Shown: positions 1 to 14,160 of the stretch, piece after piece | How the letters are laid out: the number at the start of each line of letters is the position of its first letter | Numbering within the stretch: the stretch's first letter is position 1 | Assembly: GCA_951406725.2 (NCBI GenBank) | Contig: OX597816.1 | Location: forward strand, 85,002,001-85,066,000 | Direction of reading: 5' to 3' | Origin: Octopus vulgaris | Lineage: Eukaryota | Length of the DNA stretch: 64,000 bases | Program-made: the position numbers and the translations under genes | The notes under the pieces: generated by a model | Told to the model about the DNA's origin: nothing | The model's database searches: none | The model's input: only the letters and a program-made list of their open reading frames with translations

Positions 1-32
1 CCGACGAAGAGCTCCGCTCGAAACGTTAAACC
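1..32 (+). ncRNA. Minimal hammerhead ribozyme motif, 5' strand of stem I cut off by the window edge
   Basis: CCGACGA (U4->C variant of CUGANGA) - A - stem II GAGC/TCC/GCTC - GAAA - CG - TT, giving palindromic AACGTT. Followed by a ~90 nt tail and then (CA)n(TA)n at 123-170. Confidence 0.55.
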
Positions 33-170
33 CTCCTTCTTTCCTGAGCGTCCAATAATACTATATTTGTTCCACGTCCTCGCGTTGTTATGTTTTTTTG
101 TGTTTTCTTGTTTGGATTAACTATTTATACACACACACACACACACATGTATATATATATATATATATAT

Positions 171-716
171 ACTTATAAGATTCAAGAATCGAGGTGTAGG
201 AAGAAAGTTAACTTCAAGCAAATCATAGTAATTATGAGAAACAACTTTCAGGGACAATGGTGCTTTATTGAGACGGAAGATTGTGTTTTTTCCCGTATCG
301 AAGTATGATAAATGGGAAAAAAGTTCTTTTTATATATCACGGTGGGCAACAAGGGTTGTCAGTTATGCGAATAAGAATAGAATAGGTAAGGAAAGAAGTA
401 GATAAAATCCGGGTTACATATATTTCATAGCGAGCCTATCCTCGAAAATGGTAAATATCCATGCGAGGTATTTGAATCTGATTGAATCTTCCATGTATTT
501 TTCAGGAACCTCCTTTCGATAATTCTGATTGAATCTTGAATGTGTTAACATGTATCTCCTTGCGAGAATTAAAACTTTCATTTAATCAAGATATCCTTAG
601 CCTGAAGAGTAGCCTGCGGTACAGACCTCGCTTGAATATTTACCATTTCCGAAAGTCCGCTCGCTATGAAACACATGTAGCCCGGGTCTTGCCTAGTCCT
701 TATATTTAACTCTTGT
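171..716 (+). mobile_element. Penelope-like element 3' terminal repeat (pLTR-like), bounded by microsatellites
   Basis: 530-700 is the reverse-complement homologue of 9950-10110. It contains a hammerhead motif and is flanked by (TA)n and (CA)n. Confidence 0.55.
599..682 (+). ncRNA. Type I hammerhead ribozyme with expanded stem II
   Basis: CTGAAGA 602-608; stem II GTAGC 609-613 / GCTAT 663-667 enclosing 49 nt; GAAA 668-671; near-palindromic A-CACATG-T; GUA triplet; stem I (A/G)GC / GCC. Confidence 0.6.
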
Positions 717-745
717 ACACACACGCACACACTCACACACACACA

Positions 746-807
<62 letters not shown>

Positions 808-2249
808 ATATGCATATATGTGTGTGCTTATGTTTATGTATGTGTTATATATTTGTGTGCAAGTAAGTTATGATCTGATAGCGGTGTTTACAATCGGGAA
901 ATATCTTGTTTTGAGCGCGCTGAATTACTGCTCATATCTATGATTTCAAAGCTTTCAATGCCTTGCCTAACCAAGTAAAGATACTGCAAGAAATATTCAC
1001 ACACATTAACAATAATAAATATGTAAATATATTTGTATAACATATATTGGTAACGCCTATGCACATTATACCTCTACTCTCTGGAACACTGGCGGAATGA
1101 TATGAATGATAAATATGTAGAAGCTTCTTGAATACCTTCTCGCAGACATTGGCATTCAGAAAGGAAACTAACACGAGGAAAGGGAGGTGGTGTCAAATCT
1201 CAAGACTTGTTTCCTCAAAGTCTTACATAAAGTATCTTTGCAACAACAGTTTGTATTTGTCCAACTGTTTTCCAAAAGTGTTACAGAGCATGACTATAAT
1301 TTCAACTGAGACTTTTAAAATATATCTAGTTGCATTTTCCCGTAACGTACCAGATTAGCCATCTGGAAAGTGCTTCATGCACAACATCAATTCATTGATC
1401 CAAGAACGCTACTGTAGAAAAAAGTATATGGAAGTTACACAGAAATGACACAAAAGGCAGGGAACGTGCAATTCTGAATGCAATGCTCCAGTATGTCATT
1501 GGCTATTAAGGATAAATCAAAACTAACGAAGTAAAAATACATACAATTGCTACGAAAATTTAAGTTCCGTTGGGTGATCATTTGTGTGTATGATTATATA
1601 CGCATGTAGACATTGCAGGATGTCGTAGCAGGTATAGCTGAATACGTTTCCTGTATTATTATTTATATCTGTACACAGTTGTGAGCGTTAAGATATCTGC
1701 ATCGGCAAACATTTCGAATATGGAAAAGATAACGAGAATTTAATAGCTGCTGGCAATTGAAATTTCTCTTCAATTGAATCAATGATACAATCTGTCCTTA
1801 GAGATGAGTATGATGAAATACTGCAAAAGCATAACCTATTACATCATCGAGTTAACCCTTAGGTTACTAAATGTAATTTACATGTTCATATATTGGTGAG
1901 ATGCAAAAGTTTAAGCAACAACCACAACTACAATTGGTTCCAAATGCACAGATCTAAAACGAATGTAATTGGTTTTTAGAAATTATTAACAGCTTTGAAT
2001 TTCCTTTCTGTATCTTAATTTAAATCTGTGTAGTTTATATCTTATCGCTGCTTAACAATTAAACATCTATAATTTTTTCAGTAATTTTAGAGAGACATTC
2101 GAATTGGGCTGAGAATGAAATGCCGAGATTAAAGCTCTAATAAGCTTTCGTTTTACATGGCATATAGCTTTTACATATTTACTTGAGCAATTGTGACGTT
2201 GAGATTCCCCTTTCATCATCAATGAGCTGTATTGTATGATCGTAGTGGA

Positions 2250-2650
2250 GAAATTTCAAAAGTTTAATGAAGCTGAAATCGTAATGAGGCTTCAAGTTAA
2301 ATAACACAGAAAACTGTTGGATTCTTTTGAACATCACATGAATGCCCAATGGTTCAAGGAACAGAAATTAGCAAAAGCTTAGAGGAACTTACCGTTTCCT
2401 GATATTAACCTTGTAAATAAAGGAATATTAACTTAATTGAGGATCGAAACCGACACGCCTTATCGATTTCCCCTGTAACTCTTGTTAAGCATTTCTCATT
2501 CCTTTAATCGAAAGTAACCATATTTTTTGAGGCAAGAATAGTAATTCCTAGAGAACACAAGATTAATTGTAATGATCTAGATATATTAATACTATATGAA
2601 GATCTTTGATCTTTTACATAATGAAATATGGAAAGCAAGGCTGATAATAA
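2250..2650 (+). pseudogene. Possible ancient PLE reverse-transcriptase remnant
   Basis: Broken frames give LPFPDINL (cf. LPFLDI) near 2389 and KPT near 2447, in the order expected for a PLE RT C-terminus. Very degraded. Confidence 0.25.
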
Positions 2651-3984
2651 GGACGTAACAAACTTATTACCAGTTGAAAATAAACCCTATATGATATACA
2701 GATATAAAGAGAAAATCATTGGACATGTTCCAATAAACTGGATTTCATTCGACAGCTGTAAAGGCAGAGAATTTTAAACGTGGCTAATTCCAAAACTAAA
2801 ACTAAAATGACTGCAAGATGTAAAAATTAAGTAACTGTTGGAGAGTCTTGGATGGTAGGTTTTCTCTGTCAGAGCTGCCTTGAAGCTAAATAAGCAGTAT
2901 ATTCAACAACGACCAAAACAAAATGGTGTCCACTATCCTATTGATTTCAGTATGTAACTGTTCATATATTTTATTTTACTTACGTATAAGCAGGGTACGT
3001 TGGAAAAGTTATCGTCAGATCCCGAAACAATCTAAATTTTTCTTGATATCTTCCAATTTATACCTGATTATCTTTTTACACTCACTTTTTTCCATTTCTT
3101 TATATTTCTTTTTGTTTTTGTGTCCTTTCATTGCACAATTATTTAAAACAAAACATAATGTTGCAGATCCCATAAATTCAATCACATATACTGATCCGAA
3201 CACAAGTACTAACAGAAAAATAACCAGACAAATACTAACACTTGATACATATATTTAAACTTGCAAATAAAACACACATAGAGACGTATATCAATAAAAA
3301 AAAATTATACTACCACAGTTTACCACTGTTACTTCATGGTACAAAATAAATGGAACTTTGCCAACCGCTAAGAATTCATAAAGTGAAAAACAGCAACAAC
3401 AACAACATGACTATAGAAAATATTATACAAAAGTTACCACAACAAGAACGCAAAAACAGAAACAACAACAAAATTAATATTACAGTACAAAATAATAAAA
3501 AGCGAAATAGCTAACTAACTGTATTATCGACTAACATCAAAAGGAAAACAGGCAACTACCGACAATATGCGAAAGTAGAGAGAAAAACGCTGCAATAACG
3601 CGTAGTAAGCACTAATAAACGTTAAAACCACTTATTTCCTCACCAAAGTAACGAAAAGTACATTATATTATGCTTCGGTTTTGTTTGATTTTTTTTTTAT
3701 TTTACTTATTTTCTTTGTTTTCATTTTATTGTTTCATTCTATTGCTTGTTTTTAAATTTCTCTATATTTTTGTTTTTACTTTGCCTTCTGTATTCTTTCT
3801 TTTGTTTTTATCGAAAACGAAAGTAGCTGCTAATATATATCTAGTGGACTATATACAGAAATTTAAGCTTTTCATAGTTGCTGTTGAATTTACATCTAAA
3901 CACAATTCCTTTCATCTCTATTGACGCTGCATCATCTAAGACTGTTATATCTCACTCGTTGCTTTCTGCCTCTCCTCTTCCACT

Positions 3985-4038
3985 GCTCTCTCTCTCTCTC
4001 TTTCTCTCTCTTTCCACACAAACACACATATACTTGTA

Positions 4039-4104
<66 letters not shown>

Positions 4105-4161
4105 CATCTATATATTCACATAAATATATGTATATACTGTATATACATATGCAAATGTATA

Positions 4162-4200
<39 letters not shown>

Positions 4201-4379
4201 TCACATAAATATATGTATATACATATGCATATATACATATATATATATATATATGTATGTATGTATGTATGTATATATAATGTGTATATATATATACATA
4301 TATAATGTATATATATATATATATATACATATATAATATATATATATATATATATATACATATATAATGTGTGTATATA

Positions 4380-4419
<40 letters not shown>

Positions 4420-4500
4420 TATGCACACACACACACGGATATATGCACATCCATATACTTATCTACATCTATATAAACATATGTATACATAGAAATACAC
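3985..4500. repeat. Compound (CT)n/(TA)n/(TATG)n/(CA)n microsatellite
   Basis: Read directly from the sequence. Confidence 0.95.
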
Positions 4501-5609
4501 ATATACGTACTTGTATATATTGGAAACAAAGCTACGCTTGCTGCTTTTTATCTACCTATTTGGGACTGAAATAATGGTAGGAAACATCTAGAGGCGGAAT
4601 AGAGTCGAATAGAAATGCAAAAAGTAGACGGCCTGCTTGTTCGGTTTGTATACCGACACCCCTTCATATACATACACATATGCACATATCTACATACCAA
4701 TGCATATTTTCATGCACACATACAGTTCCCCACATAATTACATGCGTACATAGATTATACACATAAGTATACATAAATATATGTATGTGTACGTGTGTGT
4801 TTGCATATGTTATAGCTGTATTCCACATGAATAATTTTGATACGAAGGACCAAGAAACATTAGCCTATATAATTACCGTCGCGCTTAAGGTGGTGGCTTA
4901 GACAACATTGCAGCCAACTACGTCGACAATGAATTTGATGTTGATTGTAATAATGATGATTAGAAAGAGGAGGGTAAGAAATAAGAAGAGGAATAGTGGA
5001 GTCGGCTTATCATACTCCTAATCATGTTTATGATGATGATGATGATGATGATGATGGCCAAAGCTGTAAGCATGATATTCCTGTTTGTAATGATGATATC
5101 AAAGATGTTGAGACTGATAATGGGGATAATGCTGATGATGGTGATGGTGACTATTATAAGGAGATGAATGACGGTGAATAGTCATAATTATTTTAATACT
5201 CTTGGTGACGTTATAAATAGTGCGACTGATGATATTGGTGCTAATAATTATATGACTACATATACGGCGTTGAAATATGTTGTACAATTTAATACAGACA
5301 CTACAGCGTGAGGTTTCCTGCCATTCATACTGTCTTTGTATACCCTCTTTCATGCCCATTTGAACAATTTTCACTTTCAATGAAATGTGACATTCAGGAA
5401 AGGAGGAATGGATTGTACAGAGTCCCACTTTCCCCACTTTATATAATTAAGTTCTACCAATTAAATTGATGATGGTAATGACGTGGAAGTCTGAAACGGT
5501 TTTAGAATATTTGTTATTACTGTTGAGCTTCATACCAAATCAGTTCAGATTGAATGGACCTGTGATTAAGCACATATTGCCATATCATGCTATACTAATT
5601 TATTCAATC

Positions 5610-5700
<91 letters not shown>
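5610..5700. repeat. (TA)n microsatellite
   Basis: Read directly from the sequence. Confidence 0.95.
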
Positions 5701-5703
<3 letters not shown>

Positions 5704-8700
5704 CATCTAGAAATAATAGAATGCACGGTGTTTTTCTTTAAGACGACACGTTGAAATATGCGAGGAATTTCGCTGTTATATTTTGTGGAAGGACAACGTA
5801 GAGGTACCTTCTTTATTTGTATAGCTGATGTAAGTGACAAATAATATACATTCTTTCATGGCAACGAAACACTTTAAAGGGGAATTCGATTGCACATGCA
5901 ACACAACTCACATGATACGTTGGGCTTTAGAGAAACCATTAAAATTAACCTTTTTGGAAAGTGATGAATCAGACACAAAAATTAATTTGTCAGTGCCTAT
6001 AACTTCAAAAGAATATTCGAAATAGAATCCGAAGTGTACGCTGTAAGTTAATTACCTCACAAGTTAAATCATAATTATCCCCATTTACACACTGTTTCAA
6101 AATTCAAATTATCCTTAACATTGGCTACATTCTAAAATCTTGACTGATTGTATAATTTAAAAGCAAACACTCATAAAAACACTAAAAAGCGTGGTGCCTT
6201 AATATAATAATTTCCTTGCACGAATAGGAACCAAACTGACTTCAGATCTCATCTTACGAATTTAATCGATATGTCAGAAAAAAGATGATCTTCCTCATAA
6301 TTGTTATACATTTATTCATATGTCGTATTCAACAGGATAAAGTTGATGCAAAGAAACAATTACAAATGGTCATAGACACAAAATTCTGAGGACGAGATTA
6401 TTTTACAGTTAATTCTATAGCGTATTTTTTCATCTGACTCTTGACTGAAATTCATTGTGCATTATATTTAGCTTGTAACTATGTTAACTATGGTTTTATA
6501 GAACTATATTTACTGGGGATAAAACATCCTGTACATTGAAAAATTCATAGACAAGTTTAAGACGTCCATCTGCTCATTAAATACCAGACGTTATTCCTTG
6601 TGTTTGTCCAGTACTTAATTTTTTAAAAACCGTGACTGAGAAAAATCTGATCATGTTTATGATACTTGTCTAAAAATAAGCTTGCGCATATTGTATAATT
6701 AGATAAAGAAACAAAGTCTAAGTGAAGTAATGGAGTTTGAGGCTTAGTAAACAGTATTTTGTTGCTACACTTTCATAGATATAATTTACTTATTATATTG
6801 ATCTGGGTTCTCCAAGGTGCAAAGTGCTGTTTAATATTACATCATATACTAATCAGTCTCGATCATTAAAAAGAGCTGAATTCTGATTCAGAATGAATTC
6901 TGGTTCTTTAACAATTTGATCTTTGTGCGAATTTCTGCTAAATATTTTCATTTACCGATTCTTTTAGTAGTAATAGGAATAGTATACATTGTTTTGAAAT
7001 ATATATCCATGTTAAACGTTGTGTTCAGGTGTGCTTCAGAAAGAAACAATCTATCAAATTAGCAATATTGTTGTGGTTTTCGGTGAGTTGAAGCACCTCA
7101 GATTAGATAGTTACATACAATTGAAAGGTGACTGAATACCAGTCAAGATTTAAACTATACACGCAATTCAGAGTACGTACCATGATACGAACTTATGAAT
7201 ACTCGTACCGGTAGATCGATATACCATTCTCTCGCAACATTTTACAATATTCATAAAACCGCTTTCACCACTTCTACACTGTTAACTCGGTCAATTTCAA
7301 CAATATTCATAAGCTTGGCACCGATTTTATTCTGCGTTACAACAGCACAGTAAAGTGATAAAAAGTTTGTGACTTAACTGCTTCTATAAAAAATATCAAT
7401 ATTACTTTAGTAATAAACTATGGCTAGCTCATTGTCGGAAATTTTCTCGCCATAGGATTATTAATAATTTAATTAACAGATCTCTGTCCTACAAATATTA
7501 GTTCTCTTGATTGTGGAAGTTGTATATATATATATACATACATATACATATGTTGCTGAACTACCAATAGCGAAGTCATCGATTGACCGACACATTTGCT
7601 AACAAGTATGTAGTTTCAGAAAAGTTTCATGGATGAAAATGGAGGATTGGTAAGTTTTTTGTTTATAATTGTTTGCTGGTCGATTCTTGCATAGGAAAAA
7701 TAAACATCAATAGACCACCTCTGAGTATTTATTGCTGAGAAATGCTAATACGCAACAAATCAAATATATCATTTTCTAAGTCGATCAATAGAGAAAGACG
7801 GGGAAACATCGATTCTGTTCGCCTTTGCTTTCTGTTCTTCTCCGAATGTGTGGATCCATGTGTACGTTATAGGTAAGAGACGACATGTTTTATAGATAAC
7901 AATCTCTGTCCTTCCGTACGTATGGATAAACGGTGTTTGGTGGTTAATTTAAAGGATATTAATTTGTGCTATTCATGACAACACAAATGTGCATTTCTAA
8001 ACAATTTCTTATTAGGAAACCCTTACGCTTTTTAGTATCAAGTGATTTAATCTAATGTGTAAACTATACGAGCTGAATTTTCAGACTTGGTTCAACCATA
8101 TAAATACATTTGGGGTAACGTTCATGTCGTTGCTGTGCAAACAAAATCTAACTGCCTACAAATCGCTAAGAATCTGATTTTTGTGTATAGGCACGTCAAA
8201 CCATACAGTTTAACACTGCTTCTAAACCATAGTTCACTGTTTTAAGCAATCGACTCTGGCGCCTGCCAGAGTATTATTGTCACAAGCTTTCAAATACCTC
8301 TTCGTTTGTAGTGAAAATTAAAAGTTAAAAATATCAAAGATTGTCCTCACCATATCTCTCTAAGAATGGTGGCTATCATTGAAAATGAATTCACACATAA
8401 TTTCTTACTAATCATATGTTCACTGAGATGCGTGTCAGCCACAGTTATTCGCTGTCCATTTTAACTGCCAAGACTACACGCTGAAATATAGTTGCGGCAC
8501 ATAAGTAAATTCTACTCACTTCTTTCACCTGCAAACCTTATTTTGTTACTTGTTTCAGCTTTTTGACTAGAAGTGATTATGAAACGGTTGTAACAGAGAA
8601 CATTAGAGAGTTTCCAAGGAAAGAGATAACTCACTACGGGCATATAGTCATCGTTGTTTTATCATTACCTTGTCTTAGTCATTCTGCAGGAGTCATGTCT

Positions 8701-8827
8701 TGGTACTGTCTTCAAGGTGTACATATATATATATTTATACACGCACCCATATGTATATATATATAAATACATATATACACACATACACACATACACACAT
8801 ATATATATATATATGTATACACATATG

Positions 8828-9095
8828 TGAGGGTGCATTGCATAGTGGTTAAGGTGTTGCTTTCACGATCTGGCGATCGTGATTTCAATTCATAGACCGA
8901 GTGGTGCGTTGTGTTCTGGAACAAAACACTTCATCTCGTATTGCGCTGCGGTAACTTCGACACCTGGTGTGTGGTACACAGCGCGCTTATTCAGCCAAGC
9001 TCAATTTGATGGAGAGAGTGAGCTTATGTGCGTCATGAGCATTTAGTCGCTATAATTAAATCATTTGTGCAGGTCGTCTGGCAAAAGATGAAATC
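8828..9095 (+). mobile_element. tRNA-derived CORE-like SINE
   Basis: A-box-like TTGCATAGTGG, degenerate B box, and CORE-like GTGTTCTGGAACAAAACACTTCATCTC. Homologous segments at 16795-16970 and 59871-60130. Confidence 0.75.
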
Positions 9096-9149
9096 TGATA
9101 CAGTATATACATTACAACGTTAGATAACATATGAGAGTTTGACAATTTT

Positions 9150-9301
9150 TCCCCAGCAACCACACAAAGGATTTGTTTATAGTGATCAAATAGCGTACAA
9201 ATAGGTCAACTCCCTCCATCAAATCGACATTACCTGTATAGGAGCAACGGGTGCCACTTGTCAGAGGACGAAATGATCGCAGAGCAACGTGAAATGAAGT
9301 G
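9150..9301 (-). mobile_element. Partial inverted copy of the same SINE family
   Basis: Reverse complement matches 8927-9080 (CACTTCATTTCACGTTGCTCTGCG ... GATTTGATGGAGGGAGT ... CACTATAAACAAATC). Confidence 0.7.
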
Positions 9302-9770
9302 CCAGCCACGATCTTTCTTTCTTGGCGTGACTGCCGACCGCCAACACCTCTTATGTCCGTCTCCTAAGTTCCTGCCTTTAGGCTTTTACTTCATACACGC
9401 CAGTCCAATTGGATTCCTTCTCAGTCGAAATACACCTGTTGTTATATTTTTGTTGTTTGTATTTGTAATTGTGCGCCATGTTCTCCGTTCTTTGTAATTA
9501 TTGGAACACTGGAATGTGTAACGCACTGTATGAATACCAATCTAGAAATTAGACTTCTCAAAATCAGAATGAAGAATTATGATTCAAAGACTATAAATTC
9601 AATCCATTACTAGAAATTTTAAAATCTGTAAAACGTTCCAGAATTTTATTATTTAAGTATATATGTATACGTCTATATGTGCAAGAATGTGCATGGGGTT
9701 AGATATATAAAACAAAACGTACAAATCTGTACATAAGCATGCAAAAATACCTTGTTGGTGTTGTTGAAAT

Positions 9771-9812
9771 CCCAATGAAGAAGCCTTGGATCTAGGTTAG
9801 AAACCGGCCCTT
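9771..9812 (+). ncRNA. Degenerate hammerhead-like motif in a short element between microsatellites
   Basis: ATGAAGA - AGCCT/AGGTT stem - A - GAAA - CCGG - CC. C3 and U16 are altered and stem I is unclear. Confidence 0.3.
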
Positions 9813-9895
9813 TTTCTACTGGCAAGAAGTATTGAAATAAAACTGAATGACACACACACACACACACAACACACACACATACACACACATACACA

Positions 9896-9932
<37 letters not shown>

Positions 9933-9935
<3 letters not shown>

Positions 9936-10337
9936 AAAATTAAGGAATGGAGAAGATCCAATCCAGGTTTCATATGTTTCTTAGCCAACGGAACTCAGGA
10001 AGTAGTAATTATTCAAGCGAGTTTTATACCACAGGCTACTTTTCAGGCCAAGGGTAGCTTGATATGAAGTTTTCATTGCCGTTAGGAGACCCATGTTAAC
10101 ACACGAAAGATTCGACGAAGATGTGTAGAAAGCTGAGTTTGAGTGAGGAATATAGTTGTGAAGAGTAATTAGAAATATAAGAAAAGAAAAAAAGAAAATA
10201 TTAATGTAGTGGGAAAATTTACAAGTAAAGAATTTTAGCGGGATCATTTAACAGATGAATTTCAGTAGAGACATTTAAACCGAGTCAAAGAGAGAGAGAG
10301 CGCGAGAGAGATAGCGATAGAGATAGATAGATAGAGG

Positions 10338-10381
<44 letters not shown>

Positions 10382-10950
10382 TTTAGAGGAAAAGTGGTAT
10401 TTGAATAGTATAGTGGGTGGAGGGGAGGGGATAATTGATTTGTAGTCAATGGTGAGAAAAATGGTATCAGTAGTAAAATTTAAAATCTAGAGGAACACGA
10501 GTTATGGTAGTAATGGCTTAAATCTAAGAATTAAGGAGTGTGTATTGTTTAGTGTGTGTGTGTCTGTATGATCTAATAGATGTGTATGTGTGCTTATGTA
10601 GTTGTGAGTTTTCAAAACGAGCGGGGATTGGTCTGGAGGAAGGCGAATTAAGAGAATTTATAGGGTATAAAGCGTAAAGAAAAAGAAATATAAAGGTAAA
10701 AAATAAGAAATAAAGAATTTTAGGGAGTATAGGGATGGTTAAAAAGTTGATTGTTGTGAGAACACATGTACAGGAATATCTATGAGGGGAGGGGGAATGA
10801 CACAGGGGTAGTGTGGGTGTATTTGATATTTGTATTTTGAGAATTGGTTACATAAAAATGATTCTATTGCGTTCATTCAAACACCATTATGCAATCCACT
10901 GGTTGTTGAATGAACACGAGTGCATAGTTTTTACAAAGACACAAATTACG
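9933..10950 (-). mobile_element. Penelope-like element 3' fragment (endonuclease C-terminal remnant, UTR, degenerate hammerhead at 9966-10049)
   Basis: Minus strand near 10890 reads WCLNERNRIIF-like (PLE CxxC...E pattern), then a pyrimidine-rich UTR, then GGC-CTGAAAA-GTAGC...GCTAA-GAAA-CATATG-AA. Ends at (TA)n. Confidence 0.55.
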
Positions 10951-11479
10951 TAACTTTTTCTCAAGGCGCCAATAGTAAGACCCACCTCCACCCAACTCAC
11001 GCGTCAATCCCTAACTTCCGCCTTGCCCTGTTGTACACTTTCATTTTGAGATTAATCACAAGATTGGTTCAAAGCAAACCAAGTTAATTAATTAATTTAT
11101 TTATTTGTGGCTAGTGAATTTCCTGATATCATTTAAGTTACAAAGAAAAGTGAAGAGGTATATGTTGAAAACTGATATGGTTATAACGTTTATTTCTAAG
11201 CTTGTTTTTATCCCTACCATTGATTTAATAATTTTTAAAACAACCGTTGCCGCATTTTCCACATGCTGTTAAATCTAGGTATCGTGCATGAATTCAATAG
11301 CAATTTTTTGCTCTCCTTCATCACAGAATATAGCTTCTTACACCTCTCTTAATTTTCGTCTAGTTTTAGCACCCAATGATTTGTTGGTTCAAGATAGTTG
11401 GCCATTTCTCTTGTGGTGGTTTTGTAACAGTTCAAATTGGATCAAATCGTCGTTGAACTCTGGAAAGGAAAAGATAATT

Positions 11480-12000
11480 CTAATCTGGGTTTGGCTAGTC
11501 AGTAGCGTATGTAGTTTCTTTATTTCACCGATATCCCATTTCAACACATTGAAACTATAAATAACAATTGGAACTGCTAAAGAATTTAAAGCTAACACCT
11601 TGTAATGTGCACTTAGCGCAGATTTCTGTACTGATCTATTTCACTTATAACACTCTTTCCTGATCTTCTGTTTCATGCTTGCATGCTGAATGTCAGAACG
11701 TTCCTATATTACTAAGTATTTGTTAATTCCTGGTTAAGTTCTTTTTTGAACTCTGTCAAAATTCAACACGACTGAATTTGACATCTTCAGTTTCCTTTTC
11801 TGGAAAGTGACCTTGGCACATTTATCAAGGCCAGACCCCAACTCGATGGCATCACTGAATGTTTACACAGTACGTAATAAGTCTTCAAGTTCATCATTGT
11901 CTTTGCCATCAAATTTTAAGTCATCCATATAAAATAGGTGGAGTATTTTCTTGTCAAATTTATATCCATATCCACTTCGGTTCAGTTCGCTTGTATGAGC
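11480..12000 (-). pseudogene. R4/Dong-like non-LTR retrotransposon RT fragment
   Basis: HLFYMDDLKF (RT YxDD motif, ~11912-11941), GLDKCAK, and ALNSLAVPIVIYSFNVLKW. Contains stops and frameshifts. Confidence 0.8.
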
Positions 12001-12109
12001 TCCTAACATCAGTTTACAGTGAGTAACCCCTTTAGTTGTCCCTAAAAAAAAAACACTTTATGGAGCTGCACGATACAAGATTTTGTGTCTGTTTCCTCTA
12101 TCCATGAAT

Positions 12110-12570
12110 TCAAATCTTTAGATGTAGTTCCTAATGTACCTATAACTACTTCCCATAGCCCCCTGATAAGTTTCATCATATGGGTTAGTATAATTAATTA
12201 CCTTGCGCTTTCTATTCTCTTTGATTACTATTACTGAACTATACATTCTAGCTTCTACTTCTCAGTCAGTCTGAATATTTGAATCCCACAACATACTTGG
12301 GCAGCACAGATTAAAACCTCCATTTCCGGTTTTAAATCACTTTTACTCATCCACAGCCATCTTTTTTCTTTGTTTGTGTTATCTTAAACATCCCTATGAA
12401 ATTGACCATGCATTCTTTTGTTTACCCATCTATTTTCAGTTTCATTCGTTTTCAATTGCTTGTATAATGCTTTATCTTTGCAATCTTTCATTCTACTCAA
12501 GACTGACCTTCTAATAATAGCGGTTCTGTGGCATTTTTTTTACATAACATGCTATGTTGTTTTCTTCTGC
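12110..12570 (-). pseudogene. Second R4/Dong-like fragment (C-terminal/RLE region, internally deleted)
   Basis: MHGQFHRD, WDSNIQTD*EVEAR and EVVIGTLGTT motifs on the minus strand. Confidence 0.65.
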
Positions 12571-12669
12571 TCAGTTAGTAACACTCAATGACAGCAGCAT
12601 TAATTTGATTGCTCCATCTGCGCCGTGTGTAGTGGTCCCTTTCTGGATATCGACAGGCTGGAGCCGGAT

Positions 12670-14066
12670 CAGAATCTCTGCACTTCCTGCATGGATAGTA
12701 AGCAATGGATCGTTCTTAAATAATTTTCAGTTTCCTTTTTGATCATTCCAAGTGCTCCTACAATCACTGCTATTGTAACCGTCTTGAGATGCCACATTTT
12801 TTCGATTTCGATTAGCAAATCTTTATATATTCTGAGTTAATCAAATTATTTTGCCGAGATAGTATGCTCACAGAGTATGCTCATGGCAATCAATAAACAC
12901 TCTTTATTGTTTTCGTCTTTCAAAATAATATCTGGTTTATTTGCTTTGGTAGTCCGGTCTGTACATATTAAGAAATCGCAAAAAATAGTTACATTTTCTT
13001 CCTTAATTACAGCCTCAGGGTGGTGCTTCTACCATTTGTCAGCAGTTTTGATTTTATAATGCCGACACATTATAGAGATTGGCCAACTCTGTCATGTCTT
13101 GTTTTGTACTCCACTTTACATCCAAGATTAGATGGTCTACTCTTTTAATCTCATCGTTGCAGTATCGGTACTTTGGGTCTACACTATTTACATGTTATTG
13201 GCTTGATAGTTCCGGGTCAAGAAGCTCTGATCTTGGGCGGCCAAGATAAAGCTTTCACTCACTGTCTTTATTCCTGAGCTCCATAGCCACTGATGGGTGT
13301 GTTTCTGGTCTAAATCAACTTGTTTGCTACGACCACATATTTGCCATGCAAAGGTTTTTGTTCCCACCTATCAGCCAATTGCTCAAACGCATTTTGCTTT
13401 GCTATTACCTTCACCTTCTTTGCATCTACAGTTACTGCACTTCCATCATGCTGTTCAACATGGGTATTAAGGCATAAACTCACTTGAAAATTCTTTGCTC
13501 TCCTTGATAACAGAATGAAGCTTCTTACCTCATTCATGATTTTCAACGAGTTTAGATGTTTGAAGATATTTTGCTAGTCCAATTGTGGTGGTTTCGTAGA
13601 TTTCAAACTGGATCAGTCTTCGACCTTCTATAGCTGTGGGTCTGTAAAGACAATCTGCGTCTGCTTTTGGGCGGTGCACCTTATAGCAAGTCAGCAGCTT
13701 ACGGATTTTCCTGTCAATCTTAATTATTTCGCTCACGTTCCAGTTCAACAAATTGAAACTGTAAATAACAACCGGAACTGCTAAGGAATTTATAGCTAGT
13801 ACCTTATTACGGTCATTTAACTCGCATTTTAAGATTGCTCGAACTGTCCTGTAACAGTCCTTCTAGGACTCTTTCATACTTGCCTGTTGAATGCCAGAGC
13901 CCTCATTTATTCCGAGGTTTTTGTACGTTTGTTCCTGCTCGTGTTCCTTTAGGATTGTGTCAACATCTAACACTGCTGAATGTCAGGTCTTCAATTTCCC
14001 TTTCTGAAAAGTGGCCTTCGCACATTTAGCAAGACCAAATACCATCCCGATCTCATCAGTGAATGC
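12670..14066 (-). mobile_element. 5'-truncated, decayed R4/Dong-like non-LTR retrotransposon
   Basis: FTDEIGMVFGLAKCAK, WEQKPLHGKY, AAQDQ, RHD, KPD and YKDLLIEIEKMWHLKTVTIAVIVGALGMIKK. Paralogous to 32341-33268 and abuts an (AAT)n tract. Confidence 0.85.
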
Positions 14067-14160
14067 TTATTGCTGTTGCTGTTGCTGTTGCTGTTGTTGT
14101 TATTATTATTATTATTGTTGTTGTTGTTATTATTATTATTATTATTATTATAGTTATTAG
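14067..14160. repeat. (TTG)n/(TTA)n trinucleotide tract
   Basis: Read directly; it flanks the Dong-like element. Confidence 0.95.
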
